Notes: generated by a model not told the origin, from the sequence alone. DNA of 64,000 nucleotides from Desulfomonilia bacterium (GCA_963664325.2 CAXXDQ010000003.1:288001-352000); one strand, 5' to 3'. Shown: positions 49,927 through 60,954, counted from the first letter of the stretch. Program-made: numbers and translations.

Positions 49927-51426
49927 TTATTCTCCCAACTCCGGCCTGAACTGCAGGGCTTCAGCCATATGCCTTTCGTTGATGCCAGCCGAACCGTCAA
50001 GGTCGGCAATCGTTCGTGCAACTTTTATCACGCGTTTGTAGGCACGCATGCTGAGGTTGAATTGTTTCATGGCGGTAATAAGAAGCGAGCGGCATGAACC
50101 GCTCAGACTGCAAATTCTTTCAATATCATTATCCGGAATACGGGCGTTTATGTATCCCCGATCAATCTGCATTTGCCGTGCTTTCATTATATTATCCCTG
50201 ATTTGAACCGAGGGCATGCCTGGCGTATGATTCATGACATTTTCTATTTCCACAGGGTCAACCCATACATGCAGGTCAATCCTGTCGAGAAGCGGTCCTG
50301 AAACCTTGGACAGGTATTTGGAAATTTGAACCGGTGTGCAACGGCATTCTTTTGCCGGATGTCCTTTGAAACCGCAGGGACAGGGATTCATTGCCGCGAT
50401 AAGCTGGAACCTTGCTGGAAAGGTAACTGATATGGAGGCCCTTGAAACAGTCACTTCTCCATCTTCCATTGGCTGGCGCATCGCTTCAAGTGCCGACCTT
50501 TTGAACTCGAGCATCTCGTCCAGAAAAAGTACTCCGTTATGGGCCAGGGTTATTTCTCCCGGTGATGGATTTCCACCTCCACCGATGAGACCTGCTTCTG
50601 AAATAGATGCGTGAGGCGACCTCAAGGGTCTTGTTGAAATTATAGAATTTCGGGTCAGTCTGCCTGCGACAGAGTATATCCTCGTGCATTCAAGGATTTC
50701 CTCTCTTGTAAGCGGCGGTAGTATTGAAGGCAGCCTTTTTGCCAACATTGATTTTCCTGCTCCCGGTGGTCCTATCATGAGCATATTATGTCCGCCGAGT
50801 GCGGAAATGGTAATGGCCCTTTTGGGCAATGCCTGACCTACAATCTCAGACATATCAGGTTCGTGATCGGGTTTTTTGGGAATGATAATTTCATTGCGGA
50901 TGATCCCCTCAGGGTCTTCCTTTAGAATTCTGACGGTTTCTTTAAGGTCTCTGCTGGGCCATACCCGTATTCCTGAAAGAAGGGCCTCATTAAGGTTTGC
51001 CCTGGGGCATATAATACCTTTGAGACCTAGGGATTTTGAAAGGAATGCTGCGGATACGGTGCCTTTTGTTGACCTTACCGAGCCGGTCAAACCGAGCTCA
51101 CCTACGAAAAGATATGATGAAGAAGCGTCTTGAGGGATAATTCCCATAGCGGTAAGTATTGCTATGGCAATCGGCAGGTCATAAACGCCGCCTTCTTTTT
51201 TTACGTCGGCTGGGGCGAGATTGATAACAATTCTGAGCGGCGGAAAATCAAGACCTGAATTGATTATTGCAGAGCGTACCCTGTCTCTGCTTTCCTTGAC
51301 TGCGTTGTCAGGCAGACCTACTATTGAAAAAGAAGGCATCCCATGCCTGACATCAGCCTCAACAGTTATGCCGATTGCATCCGTGCCAAGAATGGCAGCC
51401 GATTTAACACTTGCTATCATTTCCAT
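49927..51426 (-). CDS. comM: YifB/ComM Mg-chelatase-like AAA+ ATPase
   Basis: VGLPD.AVKESRDRV, NLAPAD, GPPGAGKS, GEITLAHNGVLFLDE, MNPCPCG. Confidence 0.93.
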   Translation of the reverse strand: MEMIASVKSAAILGTDAIGITVEADVRHGMPSFSIVGLPDNAVKESRDRVRSAIINSGLDFPPLRIVINLAPADVKKEGGVYDLPIAIAILTAMGIIPQDASSSYLFVGELGLTGSVRSTKGTVSAAFLSKSLGLKGIICPRANLNEALLSGIRVWPSRDLKETVRILKEDPEGIIRNEIIIPKKPDHEPDMSEIVGQALPKRAITISALGGHNMLMIGPPGAGKSMLAKRLPSILPPLTREEILECTRIYSVAGRLTRNSIISTRPLRSPHASISEAGLIGGGGNPSPGEITLAHNGVLFLDEMLEFKRSALEAMRQPMEDGEVTVSRASISVTFPARFQLIAAMNPCPCGFKGHPAKECRCTPVQISKYLSKVSGPLLDRIDLHVWVDPVEIENVMNHTPGMPSVQIRDNIMKARQMQIDRGYINARIPDNDIERICSLSGSCRSLLITAMKQFNLSMRAYKRVIKVARTIADLDGSAGINERHMAEALQFRPELGE

Positions 51427-51548
51427 ATTAATAATCGTTAGGAATGGAATGTCTAGGTTTTTTTTATGAGAAGGCTGAAAGAACCATTAAAAACAATATC
51501 ACAGACAAAACAGGAAATATTTTTTCAAGATTCATATTTCTAAAGATT

Positions 51549-52841
51549 TTAAAAGATATAGGCCGTACTCAATGAGATGTAAATGGAGTCTTCATGGGCA
51601 TTAACTACTGTTCCCTCCAGTATATTCGTGTCTGCAAGTTTATAACCTACAGTCTTTCCATTTCCGAAAACATATTGAGCACCCAGTGTAGTAATCACAT
51701 GCTCAATTTCAATTCCGAAGCTTGCTGTAATCCCATAAAGGTCAATTTGAGGCAGTTCGTTGGGTTTGCCGGGATCAGCGTCAGGGGCAGATGAAAAGCT
51801 TGTAAAAAAGCCTGCGCGTACAGGATATTTTTTATTAATGTAATATTCTCCGCCTGCCTGAAAGTCCGTGACGGCCTTATGGCTGCGCCTTATGTCTATA
51901 CTGCTGGTACAATCAGGCTGGGAGCATCCGCCATCATCCTGAAGCCAGTCATAGCTGTGGGCAAAATGGTAGGTGGCATCAAATCCCAACGCGAATTTTT
52001 TGGGAACATTATATGATATTCCCATCTTGATCTGTGCTGGGATACCGTTGTCTGCCTCGAGATTGTCGTCATATAACGAGATTGGGTCAGGGGATTTGCT
52101 TGAGCTGCTCACTGCGCTTTCATGCAAGGTCCCCTTTCCGGCTATTCTTATTGAGGGGGATGTTACGCAAAGCCCAAGGTTTAAGGCTTCGGTCAATTTA
52201 TACTGCATGCCGGCGGAAGCGATGGCTGCATAGACGTTATACTTGTAGTTTACTGAACCGGAATAGCTGTAGTCTTTCCAGAACAGGTTCAGAAACTGGC
52301 TTGATGATGTATATGCGCAATAGGCCGAAACGCCGATGTTTAATTCGTCATTCACCTTATATCCCAACGATGGGCCTATTAGAAAAACCTGGAGGCTGTT
52401 TGTAAAGTTGTAATAATGCTCCTTGTTGTCACTTATGAATGATTCGATCTCCTTGTCTGAAATCTGCATGGGCACGAAGACAGAAAACGCCCATTTCAGC
52501 TTGTCTTTATATGGAAATATTACACTGACGCCTGTCGGTATTGTGGCAAGCGTGCTGGCGGTAAGATTCTCGCCTGGAAAGAGGTTGTCGTCTATTTTTA
52601 TATGCTGAATACCATACAGGTTTGCACTTGCCGAAATTGAACCGGATTGTGAGTTCGCAAGTCCTGCCGGGTTGTAATAACAGGCATCCATACCCTCTGC
52701 ATCGGCACTTACAGCACCTCCCATTCCTGAAGCCCTGAGCCCGAGTATATAGGGCTGATAGTTTGATTCATTTGCCGACAACTTTCCTGGCCCCAAAATG
52801 CATGCTGCTATCAGCAGCAGGATTGTGATGCGCTTATGCAT
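51549..52841 (-). CDS. FadL/OmpP1-family outer-membrane transport protein
   Basis: Signal peptide, G.RASGMGGA, YYNPAGL, beta-strand pattern, terminal Phe. Confidence 0.78.
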   Translation of the reverse strand: MHKRITILLLIAACILGPGKLSANESNYQPYILGLRASGMGGAVSADAEGMDACYYNPAGLANSQSGSISASANLYGIQHIKIDDNLFPGENLTASTLATIPTGVSVIFPYKDKLKWAFSVFVPMQISDKEIESFISDNKEHYYNFTNSLQVFLIGPSLGYKVNDELNIGVSAYCAYTSSSQFLNLFWKDYSYSGSVNYKYNVYAAIASAGMQYKLTEALNLGLCVTSPSIRIAGKGTLHESAVSSSSKSPDPISLYDDNLEADNGIPAQIKMGISYNVPKKFALGFDATYHFAHSYDWLQDDGGCSQPDCTSSIDIRRSHKAVTDFQAGGEYYINKKYPVRAGFFTSFSSAPDADPGKPNELPQIDLYGITASFGIEIEHVITTLGAQYVFGNGKTVGYKLADTNILEGTVVNAHEDSIYISLSTAYIF

Positions 52842-52884
52842 TTTGCATCCCCTGACAGTGAAGGTTATTAAGAATCACGTCATC

Positions 52885-54108
52885 CTAAAACAGAAAAATA
52901 GGGTAAGAATCGGGATTTTTCCCGAAACAGGTAACGTCATCAATTTTTTCTATTTTCTTTCCCCTGAGCACTGAATAAAGGAACCGTTCCACCCCGAGTC
53001 CTCCTCCGAATGTTTCCGGGAAATACGGCCTGCCCTTTTCATCGGACATTCTGGCCGCCGACAGGAACGGGCTGTAGCCGGCCAGGGGTTCAATATTTGT
53101 GATATTCCCGTCCTTGAAAACAGGTCTTTCGGCAAGGATATTGTTATCGAGCAGTCTTTCGATAATAGGCTCATAAAGCCATTCACGGATTGCGCCGGAC
53201 AGGATTTCAAGGGCCGGCAAAAATTTGCCGGTGTCCCGCTGCTTAGCCTTAGCACAGATATCATAATTGTAAATCATATCGGAAGTGAATGAGGAAATCG
53301 GAAACCTTGTGCCATCCGGCAGAAGATAGGGATATATGAGGTCGTAGTTTTCACGCATAAGGCCGGTCACCCAGAAGAACTGTTCTTCCGTTTCCTCGCC
53401 TGCCATCGATTCGGCCCTGGCTTTCCCGTATTTTTGAAGAATATTATCATTCCGGAACCTCGGGAAAGGTTGTTTCGGAACTTCCAGAACTACGCCCAAT
53501 GATTTAAGTTCGTCTTCATTATTATCGACTGTTGCGCTTACCGCGGCAACAATCATACGTTCAAAGAAATCATAGGCCCTTTCAATGTCCTCATTCAGTA
53601 TTGATTTTACTTTTTCGGGTTCATTCTTGTACTGATCGAGCGTAATGCCACGGTTTCTTTTCACCTCTATATCGATCTGTGAGAAGTCAATCAGGTATTT
53701 GCCCCGCTGTTTTCGTTGGGGGCTTTCAATCTCGAGCCTGATATTTGGTGAATCGACAAAGATGCCCTTTATCTTGGGATTAAAACAAGCCAGAAATTTG
53801 TGATAGATCATGGAATGTGTCGTAACATAAGGCATGCCCTTGTAATGAATTGAAGGCACATGCTCAACATCATGTGCAAGCGGGTCGGTAATAGGGCTCA
53901 TAAGGATGCGTTCAAGGTTGAAAAGCCCTTCGTTGGTTAAAAAATTTGTAATTGCCGTTACCATTGTAGTTCGAATGGCCATAGCCGAATAGATGGTGTC
54001 ACCGATCCATTTATTGACGTAGTTCTCGCGTACAAAATCTTCGAAAGAAGCGCCGGATTCAATTAACGATGCCTGAAAGTGAAACAGGTCCTCACCTATA
54101 AATGACAT
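52885..54108 (-). CDS. asnA: Archaeal-type asparagine synthetase A (AsnRS catalytic-domain paralog)
   Basis: SPITDPL, THSMIYHK, SPNIRLE, DFSQIDIE, EILSGAIRE, GGLGVERF; no anticodon-binding domain. Confidence 0.72.
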   Translation of the reverse strand: MSFIGEDLFHFQASLIESGASFEDFVRENYVNKWIGDTIYSAMAIRTTMVTAITNFLTNEGLFNLERILMSPITDPLAHDVEHVPSIHYKGMPYVTTHSMIYHKFLACFNPKIKGIFVDSPNIRLEIESPQRKQRGKYLIDFSQIDIEVKRNRGITLDQYKNEPEKVKSILNEDIERAYDFFERMIVAAVSATVDNNEDELKSLGVVLEVPKQPFPRFRNDNILQKYGKARAESMAGEETEEQFFWVTGLMRENYDLIYPYLLPDGTRFPISSFTSDMIYNYDICAKAKQRDTGKFLPALEILSGAIREWLYEPIIERLLDNNILAERPVFKDGNITNIEPLAGYSPFLSAARMSDEKGRPYFPETFGGGLGVERFLYSVLRGKKIEKIDDVTCFGKNPDSYPIFLF

Positions 54109-54228
54109 AAAAAACCTCCTTTATGTAAGCTTTTTCTTTTGCCGGATTTTAGGGAATAAAAAATAATTTTACACATGGCGGCATCAAGTAACAATAGAAA
54201 ATTTTTTGATGGGCGGCAGATATCTTGT

Positions 54229-55722
54229 TCAGACTTTATTTTTAAAAAATTCCCATGGGAGTATCTCATCCTCTCCCCTTTTTCTAAGCGCATAATAGTC
54301 GGGATTCCTCTCCCATGACCTTAAAGCATCTTGCCAGTGTGATTCCTGGATGTCTGCAAGCCTGACAATCAACTCAAGAAGATGCCTGTCACCCCGGGCG
54401 ATGACAGCCTGAAGATATGCCCACTTTGGGCCTTCATAGCTGAGACGGATGTTGCTTTGATGCCTGAGGCCGTCTTCAATTCTTTTAAGCCTTCTCTTTG
54501 CATCTTTAATGTCCACCATTTCCATACGCTCAAAGTCCGTACGGGGTTTTGGTACGAATGTATTGACACTGACCTGTATGTTTCCGATCCGTTTGTTTCC
54601 TCTTGAAATCCTGATGAAACTCTGGCGGCAGCGCTTGACAAGGTCAATGATCGAATCCACATCCTCTAGTGTTTCGCCGGGCAGTCCTATCATGAAGTAG
54701 AGCTTTATATCCATTATGCCTGCAGACACGAGAGCCTCAATGTCATTGAGGATGGTAGCGTTGCTTATGTCTTTGGACACGTCCTTTCTAAGGCTCTCCG
54801 AGCCGGTCTCCGGGGCAAGGGTAATGCCTTTGCTGCCTGAACGTTCAATAAGCCTGATCAGGCCAGGGGTGATCATGCCCAATCTCAGGGACGGAGGGGC
54901 AATATTTATATCAATTGCACGGATAACCTCAAACATGTCCGCAGTCTGCGGGTGATTGTTCAGAGAGGCGCTGACCATACCAAGTTTCAGTCCGGAATCC
55001 TTTGCTTTTTCAAAAACAGGGATCAGGTCCTCAAGTTTAACCGCCCTGAATGGAGAATATATCTTCCTTGCGGCGCAGAACATGCATGAAAAAGGACAGC
55101 CCCTTGCTGTTTCAACAAGGAACATGTCGCCGAAAGCGGTAGTTTCTGTGACTATTGCAGTATGTGCGGGAGATTGAACAGGGTTTATTGTACTGCAGGA
55201 AAAGGCCGTATTGATCAACCTGCCGGGTATGTAAATACCGGGACGGCCTTCCAGCCTGTCCAGGAATTCCTCATAACCTGAGCTTTTGATAAAGGCCTCA
55301 TACAGCATTTCGGGCGCAGGTTCTCCGTCACCGAGAAAGCATATGTCAAGCATATCGGCCACAGGTTCGGGGTTCATCGTTACTGCAGCCCCGCCTGCTA
55401 CTACAACCGGTGCCCCCTTTCGTTCCGAGGCCAGAACGGGTATCTTCGTGTCCTTTAGAAACCTTGCCGCATTTATCCAGTCGAGTTCATAAGAAACAGA
55501 AAAGGCTGCTATATGAAAATCCGATATGGGCCGTGAGTTTTCCAGGGAGCGGGGGAAATCTGAGAAGAACCGTTCACAGACGATCCCCGGATGAGCATTG
55601 AATGCCCTGTACATGGCATGGATGCCGAGATTGGACATGCCGACAAAATAGGTGTTCGGATAAATCAGGGCAATATTTAGCCTGCCGCCAGGGTCTTTTC
55701 TGACAGCGCCCTTTTCATGCAT
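54229..55722 (-). CDS. Radical SAM protein (B12-binding-like/YgiQ-related)
   Basis: YPNTY.VGMSNLG, RGCPFSCMFC, LAPETGS, YFMIGLPGE. Confidence 0.88.
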   Translation of the reverse strand: MHEKGAVRKDPGGRLNIALIYPNTYFVGMSNLGIHAMYRAFNAHPGIVCERFFSDFPRSLENSRPISDFHIAAFSVSYELDWINAARFLKDTKIPVLASERKGAPVVVAGGAAVTMNPEPVADMLDICFLGDGEPAPEMLYEAFIKSSGYEEFLDRLEGRPGIYIPGRLINTAFSCSTINPVQSPAHTAIVTETTAFGDMFLVETARGCPFSCMFCAARKIYSPFRAVKLEDLIPVFEKAKDSGLKLGMVSASLNNHPQTADMFEVIRAIDINIAPPSLRLGMITPGLIRLIERSGSKGITLAPETGSESLRKDVSKDISNATILNDIEALVSAGIMDIKLYFMIGLPGETLEDVDSIIDLVKRCRQSFIRISRGNKRIGNIQVSVNTFVPKPRTDFERMEMVDIKDAKRRLKRIEDGLRHQSNIRLSYEGPKWAYLQAVIARGDRHLLELIVRLADIQESHWQDALRSWERNPDYYALRKRGEDEILPWEFFKNKV

Positions 55723-57064
55723 CTATTTCAAGCCCTTTGATTTTGCGGTGGAGATTGCTGCGTTCAACCCCGATCATATCGGCGGTTTTTGATATATTGT
55801 TCCCGCACTGCGCCAGCTTTTTGGAGATGAAAATTCTCTCGAACTCGTTTCTGGCATCCTTTAAGAGATCAATATCAAAAATTCTCTCGAATTCGGATGT
55901 GGTTTTTGATGTCAGCGGGGATACATTATCCGCAGAGATGGAATTTCCCGGGGTCATTATAACCAGCCTTTCAAGGATATTTTTAAGCTCCCTGACATTT
56001 CCGGGCCAGTCATGCTGCATGAGCTTTCTGATGGCACTTTCGGTAATGGTTTTTTTAATACCGTTATTAAGGACCGCATACATTGTGAGGAAGTGCTCGA
56101 TAAGCTGGGGAATATCCTCCTTGCGTTCCCTTAAGGGCGGGACAAAGAGCGGTATGACATTCAATCTGTAATACAGGTCCTGTCTGAAGTTGCCGTTTGC
56201 AATCTCTTCTTCGAGATTTTTGTTTGTTGCTGTCAGGACCCTCACATCCACCTGTATGGTCTGGGACCCTCCTACACGTTCAAAACGCTGCTCCTGGAGT
56301 ATGCGAAGTATCTTGGCCTGCGTGTTCAGACTCATATCGCCTATTTCGTCAAGGAACAGTGTGCCATTGTTAGCCAGGTCGAATTTACCGCGCTTGCGCT
56401 CTATTGCCCCTGTGAAAGAACCCTTTTCATGTCCGAAGAGTTCGCTCTCAATGAGTTCACCAGGTATTGCTGCGCAGTTGACCTCGACAAAAGGCTGGAT
56501 ATTCCGTCTGCTCAGCTTGTGCAGCCTTCTTGCCACAAGCTCTTTCCCTGTGCCGTTTTCACCAAGTATAAGCACCCATGAATCTGCAGGAGCTGCCCTG
56601 TCGATTTCTTCCTTCAGCCTGATAATGGCAGGGGAAGATCCAATGATCTCGTCATCTTTTTCCGTCTTTTTCTTTAAGAGAGCGTTCTCAACGGAGAGCT
56701 CTTTCATATGGAGGGCGTTGTTTATGGTAATTATAATGCGGTTCAGGTCCAGGGGCTTTTCAAGAAAATCAAGGGCCCCGAGTCTTGTTGTCTTTACCGC
56801 AGCATCGATGGATCCATGGCCGGTCATGATTATTACAGGAAGGTCAGGGTTTGATTTCTTGATTACCTGAAGCGTCTCTATCCCGTCGATGCCAGGCATC
56901 CAAATGTCCAGCAAAACAATGTCCACATCCTGCTTTTCAATTATCTTGAGGGCGTCTTCACCGTTCGATGCCTGCATTACATAAAAACCCTCATCCTCAA
57001 GGCTTCCTTTTAATGAGAGCCTGATATTATCTTCATCGTCAACGATCAGTACTGTGTATTTCAT
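55715..57064 (-). CDS. ntrX: NtrX-like sigma54 response regulator
   Basis: LLDIWMP, GENGTGKE, ESELFGHEKGSFTGA, WPGNVRELKN; coupled to an ntrY-like kinase. Confidence 0.85.
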   Translation of the reverse strand: MKYTVLIVDDEDNIRLSLKGSLEDEGFYVMQASNGEDALKIIEKQDVDIVLLDIWMPGIDGIETLQVIKKSNPDLPVIIMTGHGSIDAAVKTTRLGALDFLEKPLDLNRIIITINNALHMKELSVENALLKKKTEKDDEIIGSSPAIIRLKEEIDRAAPADSWVLILGENGTGKELVARRLHKLSRRNIQPFVEVNCAAIPGELIESELFGHEKGSFTGAIERKRGKFDLANNGTLFLDEIGDMSLNTQAKILRILQEQRFERVGGSQTIQVDVRVLTATNKNLEEEIANGNFRQDLYYRLNVIPLFVPPLRERKEDIPQLIEHFLTMYAVLNNGIKKTITESAIRKLMQHDWPGNVRELKNILERLVIMTPGNSISADNVSPLTSKTTSEFERIFDIDLLKDARNEFERIFISKKLAQCGNNISKTADMIGVERSNLHRKIKGLEIDA

Positions 57065-59244
57065 GCCTTCTCCTTAACAGGTAACTCGATGGTTATAATT
57101 GTGCCGGTCGGCTGGTTATCGCGTACCCGGATGAATCCGTTGTGGTCCGTAATAATACTTTTAACTATTACCAGCCCCAGGCCTGTGCCACCTCTCTTGG
57201 TGGAAAAATACGGTTCAAACATCCTTTCCTTCACCTTTGCTGGGATACCGGGGCCGGAGTCCATAATTTCAAGCCTGGCAAAGCGGATATCCCGGTTATA
57301 GGAGGTCTTTGCCGTGATTGTTTTTATGGGGACATTCGATTCCTTTAAAGCGACCGTCGCGTTTTCAAGCAGGTTGGTAATGGCCCTGTTCATTTGCGAA
57401 CGGTCAAGCTCGACGCCAGTCAATGTTTCATCGGTTTCAACGATGTATTCGATATCAGGATGGGCCTGTCTGTAGAGCGCCACGGCGTCAGTCAGCACTT
57501 CGTTCAGGTTATCCGGCACAGGCATTGAAGACGGCATCTTGGCAAAGGCCGAGAACTCGTCAACCAGACGTTTCATCTCCTCCACCTGCGTTACGATGAG
57601 ACGGGTGCATTCGTCAAAGACTTCAGGATCGTCATTGATCCTGTCAAGATAGCGGCGCCTCAGCCTCTGGGCTGAAAGCTGTATCGGCGTAAGAGGATTT
57701 TTGATCTCATGTGCGATTCTCCTCGCGACCTCGCGCCATGCCGCCACGCGCTGCATACGCTGAAGTTCGGTAAGGTCGTCGAACACGACCACCATCCCTA
57801 TGTATTCATTGTTGTCGTCATAAAGCATTGATGCGTGAATAAGCAGTGCCAGCCTTCTGCCCTCTATGCTGAGCACGACCTCTTTTTCGATCACCATGCC
57901 TTTGCTCTTGCCGATGGCTTCCACAAGCCCCGCAACGATAGGCATATGTTCTTCCTTCAGGACCTCACGCCATTTCCGTCCGATAACCTTATCTATTTTT
58001 ATGGCCAGCATTTTCTGGGCGCTTGCATTTATCATTGAAATATTGTCATTTGAATCAACCGATATGACGCCGGTCGATACGTTTTTAAGAACGGTCTGGA
58101 TATACCTGTTACGTGCTGCAAGTTCATTGTAGGTCTGCTCGAGGTTTGTCCTTGATTCCCGCAGGTCACCTACCATTAGGTTGAAGTCTTCCTGAAGGAT
58201 CCCCAGTTCGTCGTCCGATGTCACATCGACGGAAAATCCCAGGTCGCCCTTTGAAACCCGCTGCGTGCCTTCAACCAGCTTTTCAATCGGGTTTGTAAGC
58301 CCTTTCGAGAGGTTCAGCCCGTACCAGATCGCTGAGAAAATGACAAGGAGCGTCACGGAAGTAAGGGTTATTATGAACTCGGTCTTTATCCAGCCTTTGA
58401 GCCTGAGGCTCTCGATATAATCGTTATATGAGGTGCTGATAAGGCCGAGTCTTCCCGATAGGCTCTCGGGAACATAGTAATCAACAGCAAGAACACCGAC
58501 TATGTCCTTAGGGTTGAAGGATGAATGTATCGGAACTATGCCTTCAATAATATCCGCCTTGCCTGCCTGGATTACCCTGCTGTTGCTCTTGCCGTTCATT
58601 GCAGCTTTTACCAGGCCTGATTCCGGGTCCGGCAGGGTGGATATCCCCAGTTTCGGAGAGATGATCTTGACCAGCTCTTCTCCCTGAGCTGAAAAAACCG
58701 CCACGGCAGACAGCCTGAACATCTCCATCCTGTCTCCGAGCAGGTCCTTCAATATATCGAGGTTTCCTTCACGCAGGAGCCTTCTCTGAGTTATCTCCTC
58801 CGATATGAATGTTGCATAGTGCTGCGCGTCAACCGAGGCCTCCTGATAGTAAATGTTTGCTACATTTAGGGATTCCGCAATGGCCTTTTTGACCTCTTCG
58901 GAAAGCCAGCCTTCCATGCTCCTGTCTACAAAGATTACACTGGTGAAAAACAGGACCATCGCGGGAAAAATTGTTAGCGTAACAAATGCCGCAACGAGCT
59001 TGGTACGCAGCTTGGAGCCGAGCATACCCTTTCGGCGTTCCAGCATAAGCTTGACGACATTTCTTACCACGAGGAAAATAACCAGAATTAAAAGGACTAT
59101 GTTAAGGTTGAGCAGTGCCAGAAATGTTACATGGCTCGATGGCAATGCCTGGAACTGGGGCAGATGTTTCTCCACCCAGACAAGACCTATGATCAGGCCG
59201 GTCAGGAGCACTGCGATACTGAATTCTACAGTCTTTTTTGACAT
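57061..59244 (-). CDS. ntrY: NtrY-like HAMP-PAS sensor histidine kinase
   Basis: GSKLRTKLV, AAWREVARRIAHEIKNPLTPIQLSA, GTGLGL. Confidence 0.88.
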   Translation of the reverse strand: MSKKTVEFSIAVLLTGLIIGLVWVEKHLPQFQALPSSHVTFLALLNLNIVLLILVIFLVVRNVVKLMLERRKGMLGSKLRTKLVAAFVTLTIFPAMVLFFTSVIFVDRSMEGWLSEEVKKAIAESLNVANIYYQEASVDAQHYATFISEEITQRRLLREGNLDILKDLLGDRMEMFRLSAVAVFSAQGEELVKIISPKLGISTLPDPESGLVKAAMNGKSNSRVIQAGKADIIEGIVPIHSSFNPKDIVGVLAVDYYVPESLSGRLGLISTSYNDYIESLRLKGWIKTEFIITLTSVTLLVIFSAIWYGLNLSKGLTNPIEKLVEGTQRVSKGDLGFSVDVTSDDELGILQEDFNLMVGDLRESRTNLEQTYNELAARNRYIQTVLKNVSTGVISVDSNDNISMINASAQKMLAIKIDKVIGRKWREVLKEEHMPIVAGLVEAIGKSKGMVIEKEVVLSIEGRRLALLIHASMLYDDNNEYIGMVVVFDDLTELQRMQRVAAWREVARRIAHEIKNPLTPIQLSAQRLRRRYLDRINDDPEVFDECTRLIVTQVEEMKRLVDEFSAFAKMPSSMPVPDNLNEVLTDAVALYRQAHPDIEYIVETDETLTGVELDRSQMNRAITNLLENATVALKESNVPIKTITAKTSYNRDIRFARLEIMDSGPGIPAKVKERMFEPYFSTKRGGTGLGLVIVKSIITDHNGFIRVRDNQPTGTIITIELPVKEKA

Positions 59245-59245
59245 A

Positions 59246-60058
59246 CTATTCCCTGCCTGAGATCAAACCGGACCATATGGATCTTGCCAGTTCAACATGA
59301 AGCCTGTGATTTGCCCTGGCAGCTTTTATCAAGCCTGTAACAGGCCTTCCCAGTAGCCACAGGTCTCCCAGAAGGTCAAGTATCTTGTGCCTGACGAACT
59401 CGTCTTCAAAGCGAAGGCCTCCGGGATTGAGAATCATGTCGTTATCGACAACGACGGCATTATCGAGGCTTCCTCCAAGCGCGAGCCCCATGGCCTTCAT
59501 TGCATCCACATCTTTTAGCCTTCCGAATGTCCTTGCCGGAGCTATCAGGGCCTTATAATCCTTTCCCGAATAGATGTATGACTGTCTGCCAATTGCCGGT
59601 TCGGGAAAATCAATTGAATAGCTGATGGAAAAATCTCCAGGGGAAATTTCAACATATGCATTGTCATCACCTACCCGGAGCCTGGACTTGATGATGAAGG
59701 GGTCTATTTCTCCTATGGCGCGTGTTCCTGCCTGGAAAAGTGCGTTGAAAAAAGGCAGCGCCGATCCGTCCATTGAAGGCATCTCATCACCGTCTACATG
59801 CACTTCGCAATCAGTGATGCCGAGACCGTAAAACGCACTCATGAGATGTTCGATGGTGGAAATACAAGTGCCTTCCGAACCGATCATCGTATTGAGTCTC
59901 GTATCCACGACATAGTCCGGCCTTGCAGGGATTATAAGCTCGTTACGAATGAACAGGATGCCTTCTTCGCCAGCCCGGATGCTCAGATTAACCGTGTTAC
60001 CCCTGTGAAGGCCGGTCCCATCAATCGTTATTGTTCTTGCAACTGTTTGTCTGAGCAT
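59246..60058 (-). CDS. lpxC: UDP-3-O-acyl-N-acetylglucosamine deacetylase
   Basis: GTGLHRG, TIEHLMSA, P.MDGSA, ARTFG, GGSLDNA, RHKILDLLGD. Confidence 0.95.
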   Translation of the reverse strand: MLRQTVARTITIDGTGLHRGNTVNLSIRAGEEGILFIRNELIIPARPDYVVDTRLNTMIGSEGTCISTIEHLMSAFYGLGITDCEVHVDGDEMPSMDGSALPFFNALFQAGTRAIGEIDPFIIKSRLRVGDDNAYVEISPGDFSISYSIDFPEPAIGRQSYIYSGKDYKALIAPARTFGRLKDVDAMKAMGLALGGSLDNAVVVDNDMILNPGGLRFEDEFVRHKILDLLGDLWLLGRPVTGLIKAARANHRLHVELARSIWSGLISGRE

Positions 60059-60064
60059 GAGACA

Positions 60065-60093
60065 AGACTATTTCAGGTGGGTTCAATAGTCAA
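60065..60093 (-). promoter_or_regulatory. Putative sigma70 promoter TTGACT-N17-TAGTCT, 6 nt before the lpxC ATG
   Basis: Canonical spacing; no SD before the ATG. Confidence 0.55.
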
Positions 60094-60212
60094 CCGGCGT
60101 TAGCATATTATCAGGCGATTCGTGACATGGCTTTGTCGGAATTGTATTTTTTGCTAATATTGTCCTGTCAATAATTCGATAAATGAATTCAGAATAAAAA
60201 TAAGGAGCGGCC

Positions 60213-60932
60213 ATGAAACTGCTAGTCCTTCTCCGTCATGGAGAAAGTGCATGGAACAGCGAAAACCGTTTTACGGGCTGGACGGATGTAGGCCTGTCAG
60301 ACAAAGGCAGGCAACAGGCCCATGAGGCGGGAATACTGATAAAAAGGGAAGGATATATTTTCGATGTGGCTTTTACTTCACTGCTTAAAAGGGCAATCGA
60401 TACGCTCAATATAGCCCTTGATGAATGCGGACAGTCCTGGATACCCGTGGTCAAGAGCTGGAGGCTTAACGAAAGGCATTACGGGGCTCTACAGGGCCTT
60501 GACAAGGCTCAGACTGCAGAAAAATACGGTGAAAACATGGTTCATCTCTGGCGCAGGGGTTATTACAACAAACCCCCTGCGCTTGAGAAATCAGACAGCC
60601 GATGGCCCGGACATGAAATCATGTACAGGGATGTAAACGATGACGAAGTCCCCCTTGCGGAATCTCTTGATGACGTTCTCAAAAGGCTTATGCCGTTCTG
60701 GAACAGTGATATCAAACCCAGCCTGAGGTCAGGTAAGAAGGTTCTCATCAGCGCGCATGGCAATTCCCTGCGTTCTCTTGTTAAACACCTTCAGAATCTT
60801 GATGAGGAGCAGATTGAGAATGTAGACATCCCGACGGGAGTACCGCTTGTTTATGAACTGGGTGATGATTTGAAGCCTGAGGACATCTATTATCTTGGTG
60901 ACAACGAAAAGATAGATACCGCCTACAGGTAA
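60213..60932 (+). CDS. gpmA: 2,3-bisphosphoglycerate-dependent phosphoglycerate mutase
   Basis: [33 protein letters not shown]. Confidence 0.96.
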   Translation: MKLLVLLRHGESAWNSENRFTGWTDVGLSDKGRQQAHEAGILIKREGYIFDVAFTSLLKRAIDTLNIALDECGQSWIPVVKSWRLNERHYGALQGLDKAQTAEKYGENMVHLWRRGYYNKPPALEKSDSRWPGHEIMYRDVNDDEVPLAESLDDVLKRLMPFWNSDIKPSLRSGKKVLISAHGNSLRSLVKHLQNLDEEQIENVDIPTGVPLVYELGDDLKPEDIYYLGDNEKIDTAYR

Positions 60933-60954
60933 ATCCATTCGAAAGGAGAAAAAA

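Noticed and set aside
56190-56870. Long antisense ORFs (e.g. 56190-56870, 32431-33081, 19770-20318, 36809-37354)
   Set aside because: They shadow well-supported genes on the opposite strand and carry no recognisable motifs; this is expected from codon bias.
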